A stretch of DNA of 64,000 bases from Promethearchaeota archaeon (lineage in GTDB: Archaea > Asgardarchaeota > Lokiarchaeia > Sigyniarchaeales > SOKP01), in assembly GCA_048937405.1 (NCBI GenBank), contig JBHLNF010000004.1:229125-293124 (forward strand), read 5' to 3'. The translations under genes and the position numbers were made by a program. This document shows, in pieces, positions 1 to 8,805 of the stretch. The stretch's first letter is position 1; each line of letters begins with the position of its first letter. The notes beneath the pieces were generated by a model. That model saw only the letters and a program-made list of their open reading frames with translations, had not been told where the DNA came from and made no database searches.

Positions 1-734
1 GCATCTCCAATGGAATTTCCTGCTAGAATAGAATTAAAAAGCCCTTCTCCAAACATCGAAATATGAGGAGGGATTGGACTCCACCATGCACTATATCCAG
101 GTTCAGTTGAAGTCATAATTATTCTATCCGATTTACTTAAATCGTCTAACCAAGATCCAGAAGCACATGCTTCATAGATAACAATAATCCGATTACATCC
201 AGAAGCTGCCTCAAAATCATCTAAATATTGATCAAGTTCCCAGGCAGCTAATGAAGTAAAAGGGGCCATTGACATTGCATCGGTTCCTCCATGATCATGT
301 AAATAGACCGCTAAAACACCATTTGAACCAACCTTCTGTGGAGCCCATTCAGTAAATGCATATTCTAAATTATTACGAGAACTCGCCGCATATTCCCGTG
401 TAGTATATGTAACAGAATATAGTGGAACTAACATTAATATCTCATCTTGAGTATTGCCACATGCTAATGCTTGATCATAAACCCATTCACATGTCAGTAA
501 CACTAAATCCCATGCTTCATGATCTGATCTATCTCCGCCAACAATGATCCAAGCATCTATACACTCGTATTGAGCAGTACTAGCTTTAACCGAATTATTG
601 GAATTAGTTATAAATTGATTATCACTTAGATTTCCACTAGAATTATTTATAAGTATCATTTGTGTATTTGGTAGAAAAATTACGAGAATTGTTAAAATCA
701 TTAAAAACTTTATTTTTAAATTGAATTTCTTCAT
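1..734 (-). CDS. Secreted clan CD cysteine peptidase, C13 (legumain/GPI8-like) family; runs off the left edge of the window
   Basis: Not in the ORF track. Manual translation from ATG at 734 gives a signal peptide (MKKFNLKIKFLMILTILVIFLP), VYLHDHGG (His codon 291-293) and IYEACASGS (Cys codon 165-167), matching the legumain DHG/EAC dyad motifs. Confidence 0.8.
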   Translation of the reverse strand, partial: MKKFNLKIKFLMILTILVIFLPNTQMILINNSSGNLSDNQFITNSNNSVKASTAQYECIDAWIIVGGDRSDHEAWDLVLLTCEWVYDQALACGNTQDEILMLVPLYSVTYTTREYAASSRNNLEYAFTEWAPQKVGSNGVLAVYLHDHGGTDAMSMAPFTSLAAWELDQYLDDFEAASGCNRIIVIYEACASGSWLDDLSKSDRIIMTSTEPGYSAWWSPIPPHISMFGEGLFNSILAGNSIGD

Positions 735-1148
735 AATTACTCAATCTCTTATGAATAAATGGTGCATAGTAAATGATCACAATGTACTATTTAAATCTAT
801 GGTAGAGTGGTAGAATTCAATTTTATCCAGAATTGAATAGAATAACTAAAATTAATCGGAGAGTTCTTAAAATTAACCATTTTTACAGCCATAATTGTAT
901 AAAAACTAATTTTTTATCACTTGAATAATCATTTTTCACTAAATTTTCAGTGAAATCAGACAATGAATTTATATTTCCATAAAAATTTCAAAGGAGATTA
1001 TAATGAAATTTAATAAAATTTGAAATTAGCTCAAGAAATTCCTTCTACTCTCAAACCATTCATTAATTAATATAGTTTAAAAAAAGCGAAAAGGTTATTT
1101 ATCATTATAAAAGGATTTAAATTTTAATTCTACCATTTTACATTTGAG

Positions 1149-2360
1149 ATGGATGAATTTAGGTTTTTCTTTGCCTATGAATTAGAAGATACAGGGGAAG
1201 GGAAAGAATTATTTTTCTCAGATAAAGATTTAGCACAGTTTCTTAAGCCTGAACAAGTTTTGTTGCTAATTCGAGAAGATCTGAGAAGAATTTTCATTTG
1301 GAAAGGTGCAAAATCCTCTGTAAAAAAGAGATTCATTAGTTCGAAAGTCGCCCGAGAGCTACAACAGGAAATATTGAAAGATGCTCGTTATCATCTATGT
1401 AAAATTATATCTGTTGATCAAGGAGATGAAGTTCAAGAATTTCTTGATGCATTTAATCTGGAATCAATGGAAGTGAAAGAAAAATTAGCAGACATGAAAT
1501 ATTTTCGCAACAGAGACAAACCAAAAGTTATCGAAAAGAATTTTTATCCTGAAGAGAGAGAATTTGTGATAAATGAGTATATTACATTAAAACTTATCAA
1601 AGGAAAAACAGAAATCTATGTTGCAGGAGAACCATTCCATCAATGTAAGTATCTTCTCTTAAATTTAACCAAAAAAGATTTTACAAAGTTCGATAATATT
1701 GATTCAATTGATCAAGCTTTTGAGATTTATAATAATTTGGATAAAAATCATGAAAAAGATCATAGTCTAATTGATCCCGAATCTGAATTCATTGGACATT
1801 GTTCTAATCTCCAAGCGTGGTATGAGCATGACTATGATCTCAGGATTCTGCACAGTAGCTTATCTATCCCATTACTGAAAAAAATTGCATTCTTAGGAGA
1901 TAAAAAAGCAATAATACGATTGAAGGAAAGCATAGCAACTAGAATTGCTACAAGAAATTATAATACTATTATATTCTATCTAAATGAGCAATATCTTAGA
2001 CTCTTTTCCAACGAAGAATTAGAAGTGATGTTTGAAGACTGGCTTGATAAAAAAGTGATTTTCACCCTCATGGAAAAAAGAAGGATATGGTATCCTCTCC
2101 TTAAAGAAATGATTGAAAGAGGAATTTCAAGAGCTCAAGAAATTATCAAGAGAGAGATCATTTTATATTTAAAAGAGGATAATTTTGAAGCTTATCGATA
2201 TTTATTACAGAAAGATTTCTTCCGGCTTCTTACCCTGAAGGATCTTGAGGAGCTTTATGATCTCATTCCAAAGAAAGATAAGGTCGCCCTAAGACGTATT
2301 GAACAACTAATTCTCAAATTAAATCTTAAAAAGAGAAGAAACTTAAATGTAGAAAACTGA
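1149..2360 (+). CDS. Gelsolin-like domain fused to a Lokiarchaeia-type GHCSNLQAW domain
   Basis: N-terminal IFIWKGAKSS...VDQGDEVQEFLDAF is gelsolin-like; the central INEYITLKL...EFIGHCSNLQAWYE domain is followed by a helical tail. Confidence 0.7.
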   Translation: MDEFRFFFAYELEDTGEGKELFFSDKDLAQFLKPEQVLLLIREDLRRIFIWKGAKSSVKKRFISSKVARELQQEILKDARYHLCKIISVDQGDEVQEFLDAFNLESMEVKEKLADMKYFRNRDKPKVIEKNFYPEEREFVINEYITLKLIKGKTEIYVAGEPFHQCKYLLLNLTKKDFTKFDNIDSIDQAFEIYNNLDKNHEKDHSLIDPESEFIGHCSNLQAWYEHDYDLRILHSSLSIPLLKKIAFLGDKKAIIRLKESIATRIATRNYNTIIFYLNEQYLRLFSNEELEVMFEDWLDKKVIFTLMEKRRIWYPLLKEMIERGISRAQEIIKREIILYLKEDNFEAYRYLLQKDFFRLLTLKDLEELYDLIPKKDKVALRRIEQLILKLNLKKRRNLNVEN

Positions 2361-2519
2361 TTAATTGTAATAATGACCATGTTTTTTGTTTTATATAATA
2401 ATTAAACTAATCATGCTTTCAATTAATTTTTTCAAAGGATTTTTCATTGAAATCAGATTCTGAATTTACCTTTCCATACCAATATAAAATTCGTTAAACG
2501 TCCAGCATTGAAAAAAACA

Positions 2520-4667
2520 TTATTTTAATTCCAGTTTATTCTGGCAATAAGGACAATGAAGAGGTAATTCTTCATTACAAGTCTCTAATTCTTCACTACT
2601 TATAATATTTTTCCAGCATATTAATTTATCTCCTTTTTGAACCATATCTCTACCATGATGTTGTGGAATAATATCTTTTGTTTGACAATTCTCACATATA
2701 ATAAGTTTGGCTTTACTCTCTAACTTTTCAGTAGAAATTTCTTTATATAAAAACTTATATCGGAAAATAGTTAAACTATTCAGTAGAACTAACAATGAAA
2801 TTCCCATATCTCCCACACCTACTGCAATCCAGAGAGTCATAAAGCCAATGACAGTTAAAAAAGCGAATGAAACTTTTACGATTATGGAAGTCCATATATT
2901 TTGTTTTATTTTTTTGTTTGTCTTTTTCGATATGTCAACATAAGTAAGAATCTTTTTTAGATCTTCTCCAATCACAATGATGTCTGCTGTTTCTAATGTG
3001 ATGTCGGTGGCAGAAGCACCTATTGCGATTCCTAAATCTGCTAATGCTAAAGCGGGAGCGTCATTTATTCCATCACCAACCATTGCCACTCCTTTATATT
3101 GATTTTGTAATTTTTGTATTTCTTGAAGTTTTTGGTCAGGTAAGTGTTCACCGTAAGCTCTATCAATATCCAGACACGCTCCAATTGAATTGCATACTCT
3201 TTGATTATCCCCAGAAATTAATATAGTCTCATAACCACGTTCTTTTAAACCATTTATTAGAATTGGAGCAGAAACCCTTAAAACATCTCGAATTGAAATG
3301 ATGCCTAATAACTGTTTTTGATTTCCTAATAGAATTGGAATTGTTCCTAATGATTCAATGCTTTCAATGTCATTGATTGGAAGCTCATAATTTAATTCCA
3401 TTATAAATTTTGGACTCCCTACATAGAATATCTCTCCACCAATCTTACCTTTTATTCCTTTTCCTTTTATCACCTCAAAATCATCAATAGGTTGAAAATC
3501 TAACTTCATTTCTTTCGCTTGATTCACAATCGCTTTTCCAATTGGATGCTCTGAAAGAGACTCTAAACTTGCGGCAATACTAATTATGCTTTGTTTGGTA
3601 ACACTATTGTAAGAAAAAATTTCAAAGATTTTCAATCTTCCTTCAGTGAGAGTACCAGTTTTATCAAAAGCAAATGCTTCAATATCCTGCAATTTTTCAA
3701 TGAATTTATTTCCTTTAACTAATATTCCTTCTCTTGCTTGTTTCGTTAGTGATGCAATATTCGCTAAAGGAGTAGATAATGTTAAAGCACATGGACAAGA
3801 AACTACTAATAAAATTAAACCACGATAAAACCAATCAATAAAATTCAACCCAAATAGAGGTGGAATAACCATTACTAAAATCGAAGAACATAAGATAATA
3901 GGGGTGTAATACTTAGCAAATTTTTCAATAAATTTTTCATGATTACTCTTATTTTGTTGAGCAATTTTCACACTTTCAGCAATTTGAGCAACAATAGTGT
4001 TATTACTTTCTCTTTTAACTTCAATATCGATAAAACTATCAGAATTAAAACTAGCAGCAAATACCTCATCACCTTGGTTTTTAAAAACCGGAACCGATTC
4101 ACCGGTGATCGCACTTTCATCTAAATATGAATTTCCCTTTACAATTATGCCATCTAAAGGTACTTTCATTCCAGGTTTTATTCCAATAATATCCCCGATT
4201 TTAACTTCCCTCGATGCCACATTTTTATAACCATATTCAGTCTTTAAAAGAGCATCATCAGGAGCAAGTTCAAGTAATTCTTTAATAGCATTTCTAGACT
4301 TATCTGTTGTTATTTCTTCTAATCTTTCTGCTATAGCATATAATAATAATGCAGTTGCTCCCTCTTGTCCATGAAAAATGAAAAAAGAAGCAATACCTGC
4401 TATCAACATTAAAAGATTTGCTGTAATTTTTTTAGCTCTTATATCTTCTATAGCTTCTTTTACAATTCCAGGACTCGAAAGAAGAATTGAAGTCACAGCT
4501 AAAATCTGAGCAATTAATACATTTTCAATACCAAAATCAAAAAATATTGATATTCCGAGTAGAATCCCAGCCGGAATAATAAAATACCAAAATTTTTTTT
4601 CAAAAAAAGAATCTTCCTCAATCTCTTCGACTTCACATATAGATGATGAACATGCGATTGTAGTAAT
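2520..4667 (-). CDS. zntA: Heavy-metal P1B-type ATPase (ZntA/CadA-like, probably Zn/Cd) with a C-terminal Cys/His-rich domain
   Basis: TGES, SCPC, DKTGT, HP and GDGIND motifs, a membrane Lys and DMG. The frame is open upstream of the track's GTG (4496) and encodes two more TM helices; proposed start is ATT at 4667. Confidence 0.9.
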   Translation of the reverse strand: MTTIACSSSICEVEEIEEDSFFEKKFWYFIIPAGILLGISIFFDFGIENVLIAQILAVTSILLSSPGIVKEAIEDIRAKKITANLLMLIAGIASFFIFHGQEGATALLLYAIAERLEEITTDKSRNAIKELLELAPDDALLKTEYGYKNVASREVKIGDIIGIKPGMKVPLDGIIVKGNSYLDESAITGESVPVFKNQGDEVFAASFNSDSFIDIEVKRESNNTIVAQIAESVKIAQQNKSNHEKFIEKFAKYYTPIILCSSILVMVIPPLFGLNFIDWFYRGLILLVVSCPCALTLSTPLANIASLTKQAREGILVKGNKFIEKLQDIEAFAFDKTGTLTEGRLKIFEIFSYNSVTKQSIISIAASLESLSEHPIGKAIVNQAKEMKLDFQPIDDFEVIKGKGIKGKIGGEIFYVGSPKFIMELNYELPINDIESIESLGTIPILLGNQKQLLGIISIRDVLRVSAPILINGLKERGYETILISGDNQRVCNSIGACLDIDRAYGEHLPDQKLQEIQKLQNQYKGVAMVGDGINDAPALALADLGIAIGASATDITLETADIIVIGEDLKKILTYVDISKKTNKKIKQNIWTSIIVKVSFAFLTVIGFMTLWIAVGVGDMGISLLVLLNSLTIFRYKFLYKEISTEKLESKAKLIICENCQTKDIIPQHHGRDMVQKGDKLICWKNIISSEELETCNEELPLHCPYCQNKLELK

Positions 4668-4964
4668 ACTTTGTCACCTATGTTATTATTGGAGATATAT
4701 AATTAGTACTTACCATTTATAGAGTATAAAAGAATGAATCTATCTATAAACTCTAAAAATGTTTTTTTTTTAATATTTTTATTTTAAATAAATGATCTTC
4801 TCTAGACAGATAATAATGATTTAAGCTTCTATAAATTATGAACTTAAAACTCTACTTTCATTTATTGAGTATTGTTTCTTTTTTATTAATTATAAATATA
4901 TAATTTTCGAAAATAAGAGTCAAATTACTATATTTCATATAAAAAATAAAAAAAAAATAATAAT

Positions 4965-5771
4965 TTAAAGTGAAGTTTTTTTCTGAAAGATTTTAATACC
5001 TAAAATAATAAATATGGCAGTAAATGCTAATATCATCAAGAGTCCACCCCATATAGGAATGAAAGTAGCTTCAGAGAGGGGAGTAATTAAAGTACCACTA
5101 TACATCAAATCAGAAAATGAATCTCCTACTACTGTTAATTGGAGATAAACTTGTTTGACATAATACTGTGGGGTAAAAAATACTCCTACATTATCCAAGG
5201 GGAAAAATGATCCTGATACAAACATTAAGCACATATGACTTAACATAGCAATTCCATTCGCACCTTCAGGAGAATTAAGAAAACTCGCAATTATAAGACC
5301 TAATCCAATTGATGCAACACCATAAATCAATGCAATCAAGTATCCTATTGGTATCATTGCGAGTTCGAAATGAGCTCCTAAAATACCATATCCAAATAGG
5401 AATATTAAAATCAATTGGAGATTCATAAACACAGCCTCGGATAATACAGCTCCTAAAAATACATTTCCACGACTTACTGGCATTGTATCTATCCGCTCTA
5501 ATGTTCCATCCTTTTTACTCATTGAGAACATTACTGCACTTGTAACAGAGGATATACCAATTGTATATACAACTATTCCTGGAAACTCCACATCGAAAGT
5601 TGTTAATCCATTTATCATATAACTCCCATCATCACCACTAAAAGCTAATTTGTAGACGATTAGCATCATTATTGGAAATGCAATAGTCCAAAACATCGAG
5701 CCATAATTCTTAAGTTTTTCCTTTATATTCTTCTTAGCGATATACCATGCTTTTAAATCAATTGTATTCAT
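4965..5771 (-). CDS. ABC-2 type exporter permease
   Basis: About 6 TM helices and a GTLERIDTMPVSR motif; overlaps the ATPase gene by 1 nt. Confidence 0.85.
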   Translation of the reverse strand: MNTIDLKAWYIAKKNIKEKLKNYGSMFWTIAFPIMMLIVYKLAFSGDDGSYMINGLTTFDVEFPGIVVYTIGISSVTSAVMFSMSKKDGTLERIDTMPVSRGNVFLGAVLSEAVFMNLQLILIFLFGYGILGAHFELAMIPIGYLIALIYGVASIGLGLIIASFLNSPEGANGIAMLSHMCLMFVSGSFFPLDNVGVFFTPQYYVKQVYLQLTVVGDSFSDLMYSGTLITPLSEATFIPIWGGLLMILAFTAIFIILGIKIFQKKTSL

Positions 5772-6781
5772 CAGTCACGAAGCCCCCTTCCAGTTAATTT
5801 TAAAAATATATCTTCAAGAGAATCTTCTCTAAAGTTTATGGTTTTAAACGATTCTACCTTCACTAGAATTTCCTGCTTAAATGTCTTAACTCCTCCAGTA
5901 AATGAGATTATTAACTTATTATTTTCCATTTCTGTGATTTTTTTCACATTATTTATTTGCTCTAGTTTGTCTTTTGCTTGGATAAGCTCTTTTTTTGAAG
6001 AAAAACTAAATTCAAGAATATTCCCATTATGTGAACTCCTTTTTAGTTCTTCTACCGTTCCGAAAGCAATAATCTTGCCATGATCCATAATCGCAACATG
6101 ATCGCTTAAAACTTCAGCCTCTATCATATCATGGGTAGTGAGGATGATTGTCATTCCTGTCTTTTTAAGATCCTTGATAAAATCCCAAACAAGACGTCTT
6201 GCTTGGGGATCTAATCCTGCACTTGGTTCATCAAGAAAAAGAATCTGTGGTTGATGAATTAGACTCATTACGATATTTAACCGTCGTTTCATTCCCCCAG
6301 AAAAAGATTTTGTTGATTTCTTTCGTCCTGCGATATTCATTTTTTCCAATAAAGCTTTTGTACGTATTTTAATTTCAGCAGGATCCATTCCATGCATACG
6401 ACCAACAAATTCCACATTATCCTCTGCTGTTAAAGCTTCAAATACAACATTTTCTTGAGGACATACCCCAATAAGTGGTTTAATTTTATTCTTTTCTCTT
6501 ATTAGGCTATAATCTGTGATTTTTGCATCTCCAACAGAAGGTTTTAGTACCGTAGTGAGCATTCTAATTGTCGTAGACTTTCCTGCTCCATTAGGACCTA
6601 AAAGTGAGAAAAGTTCACCCTTTTGAACTTTAAAACTAATACCATCAACTGCTTTAATACCATTAAATGATTTTTCTAGATCTTGAACTATGATAATATC
6701 TTCAGTTGAGAGTTTATTCTCATTGATTTGATCATAATCTGAAGATAATCTTATTGTTTCTTTTTTTGTTGATACATTCAT
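5771..6781 (-). CDS. ABC-2 exporter ATP-binding protein (DrrA/NodI-like)
   Basis: GPNGAGKST, FSGGMKRR, LDEP, TTH, and a C-terminal SLEDIFLKLTG. Confidence 0.92.
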   Translation of the reverse strand: MNVSTKKETIRLSSDYDQINENKLSTEDIIIVQDLEKSFNGIKAVDGISFKVQKGELFSLLGPNGAGKSTTIRMLTTVLKPSVGDAKITDYSLIREKNKIKPLIGVCPQENVVFEALTAEDNVEFVGRMHGMDPAEIKIRTKALLEKMNIAGRKKSTKSFSGGMKRRLNIVMSLIHQPQILFLDEPSAGLDPQARRLVWDFIKDLKKTGMTIILTTHDMIEAEVLSDHVAIMDHGKIIAFGTVEELKRSSHNGNILEFSFSSKKELIQAKDKLEQINNVKKITEMENNKLIISFTGGVKTFKQEILVKVESFKTINFREDSLEDIFLKLTGRGLRD

Positions 6782-6817
6782 AATTTAAATTATAATTAAT
6801 TTGAATAAGTTTCTTCC

Positions 6818-6853
6818 GTAGACCAATTTTTAATGTGTAGACCAATTTTTAAT
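6818..6853. repeat. 17-bp exact direct repeat GTAGACCAATTTTTAAT x2 upstream of the ABC exporter
   Basis: Copies at 6818-6834 and 6837-6853. Confidence 0.85.
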
Positions 6854-7135
6854 ATAATTATAAGAAATTAAATTTTTAAAAACGGGAATATAATATATAC
6901 TAATTCTAATTTACTAGAATTAAAATCTTCAATTAGAAGATGTTGTTTTTAAATGAAAATAATAGATTTCTGGGAAATTAATATTTCTTTATTAAGGAAT
7001 TTTAGAGTTTTTTCATATATATAACATTTTTTGTATAGACAAAGTCTGCTGTGTAATTATCTTCCCGAAAAATTAATAATTGAGTACCCTTGAATACTTA
7101 AGATTTCTAACAAAAATCTAAAATAAAAAATAATT

Positions 7136-8029
7136 TCACTTTATAATGTAAACAAGTTTTTGCTCTTCTTGTTCTTCAAGGTTTAACTCTCGTCTAATTG
7201 CATTCCTGATTAAATATCCTCCAACATGCAATATAGAATCTTTGAGTATCAAATCTTGATCCATTGAAGCATTACAAGGATATGCATGATGTGCTTTGCT
7301 TATTCTTTCATTCAATGAAATATCACCACTTTTACCATTTTTGAAATATTTGGATTTTAATTGTTGGCAGATATAATAAGTGCTACCACAAGGAGCACTT
7401 TGAATTACACAAGTATCTTCAATCGAAAATCCATCCTTGCTTAATAGGAATGAAACAATAGGTTCTCCAATTTTAAAGTAGTCTATAAATTCATGAATAA
7501 AATTATGTTCTTTTGTTAAATTAAATCCAACTTTATTATATTCATTTTGCTCTTTACTTAGTGCGCAAAAAGGTTTTGGAAACGCTGCTTGAATACCACA
7601 TTTTTCAAATTCTTCTAAGATCATTGATTGCAATCCTGAAGGAACCCATTTAGGATCTTCAATCGGTACTATAACTGCTTTAATATCTTTATCCTTGAGA
7701 TAATTAGGAAGATCTAAAAGTAAATCTTGATGGATACCTACAACCAATAAAAAATCAACCGCTGGTAAATTTTTTGGTAGATATTCCGTTGTATCCTCAA
7801 CAAATTCAGGAATATTTTCGCCTAATTTCTCGAAAAAGTATAAAGAATTAGCAAAACTCTTTAGATGTTCCCTACATTTATCACATTTTACATTCTGGTC
7901 TAAATCTTCACAAGCTTTGCAGAATTCTTCATTATTTATGAGATTACCTGCAAATTTTTGTGCAAGCATCTCTATATCTGGACCAATCCCGTAAAATATC
8001 CCTAATTTATAATTGTTCTGTTTCAACAT
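7136..8029 (-). CDS. DUF166-family protein
   Basis: FPKPFCAL, SAPCGST and HHAYPCNASM motifs. Confidence 0.7.
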   Translation of the reverse strand: MLKQNNYKLGIFYGIGPDIEMLAQKFAGNLINNEEFCKACEDLDQNVKCDKCREHLKSFANSLYFFEKLGENIPEFVEDTTEYLPKNLPAVDFLLVVGIHQDLLLDLPNYLKDKDIKAVIVPIEDPKWVPSGLQSMILEEFEKCGIQAAFPKPFCALSKEQNEYNKVGFNLTKEHNFIHEFIDYFKIGEPIVSFLLSKDGFSIEDTCVIQSAPCGSTYYICQQLKSKYFKNGKSGDISLNERISKAHHAYPCNASMDQDLILKDSILHVGGYLIRNAIRRELNLEEQEEQKLVYIIK

Positions 8030-8154
8030 AAGAATGGAACAAATAGAGGTTTTTATTTGTATTTTTAATAATTTATAAAATATTTAATTATTTAGCTGAA
8101 CATGTTCAATTCTGAAAAATTATAGGTTAAAATCAAGTATCAATTAATTTTTTT

Positions 8155-8610
8155 CTATTCCTCAAATAGAGCTATTGTACTTTTGCTTTCTTCTACCTTT
8201 ACTGAAATTTTATTATTTCCATATATTTCTTTTAACTTTCCATGGATATATTTTGCTAGAAGCTCACTTGTTGTGGCTGGTAGTGGTAAAAAGAATACAT
8301 CTTCTCGAGGGAAAACATATCTTTTGTTAGATCCAATAATTTCTATAGAATTTTTCTCCTCCCGTATTTCTAATTCATCTGATTTTGTCGGTATTAAAAC
8401 ATAATGATCCATAGGTTTTATTACAGAGTTTAAATTTTCCTTTAAATCAATAAAATCTACTACAAAATTGCTTTCATTAAGTTTACCACTTATCTCGACA
8501 GAAACATAATAATTATGGCCATGTAATCTTGTACATTGAAGTGGTTTTTTTAAAAAATGACAAGCACTAAATTTAGCTTCTGATGATTCTACATATACTT
8601 TAAATCCCAT
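8155..8610 (-). CDS. queD: 6-carboxytetrahydropterin synthase (QueD/PTPS family)
   Basis: FSACH, CTRLHGHNY, VVDF and TTSELLA motifs. Confidence 0.88.
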   Translation of the reverse strand: MGFKVYVESSEAKFSACHFLKKPLQCTRLHGHNYYVSVEISGKLNESNFVVDFIDLKENLNSVIKPMDHYVLIPTKSDELEIREEKNSIEIIGSNKRYVFPREDVFFLPLPATTSELLAKYIHGKLKEIYGNNKISVKVEESKSTIALFEE

Positions 8611-8805
8611 AAAAAAATGCCCCTATCATATTTTTTTGATTTCACTATTTTTGTATTTTACAAGCGCTTTGGTATTTTTATATTTTATGTTTGGAAACAA
8701 TAAATATGAAAGAAGATTTCAAAAAAACAACTCATATTAAATCAATTATATAATATACAATAGTATATGAATCTTAGATTCAAATAGAGATGAGTTTTAG
8801 TTTTT

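Noticed and set aside
4674-4676. In-frame TGA upstream of the P1B ATPase as a selenocysteine codon
   Set aside because: A TAA lies three codons further upstream with no start in between; the TGA is part of the SD AGGTGA.
6818-6853. Direct repeat as a CRISPR array
   Set aside because: Only two copies, a 2-nt spacer, and no cas genes.
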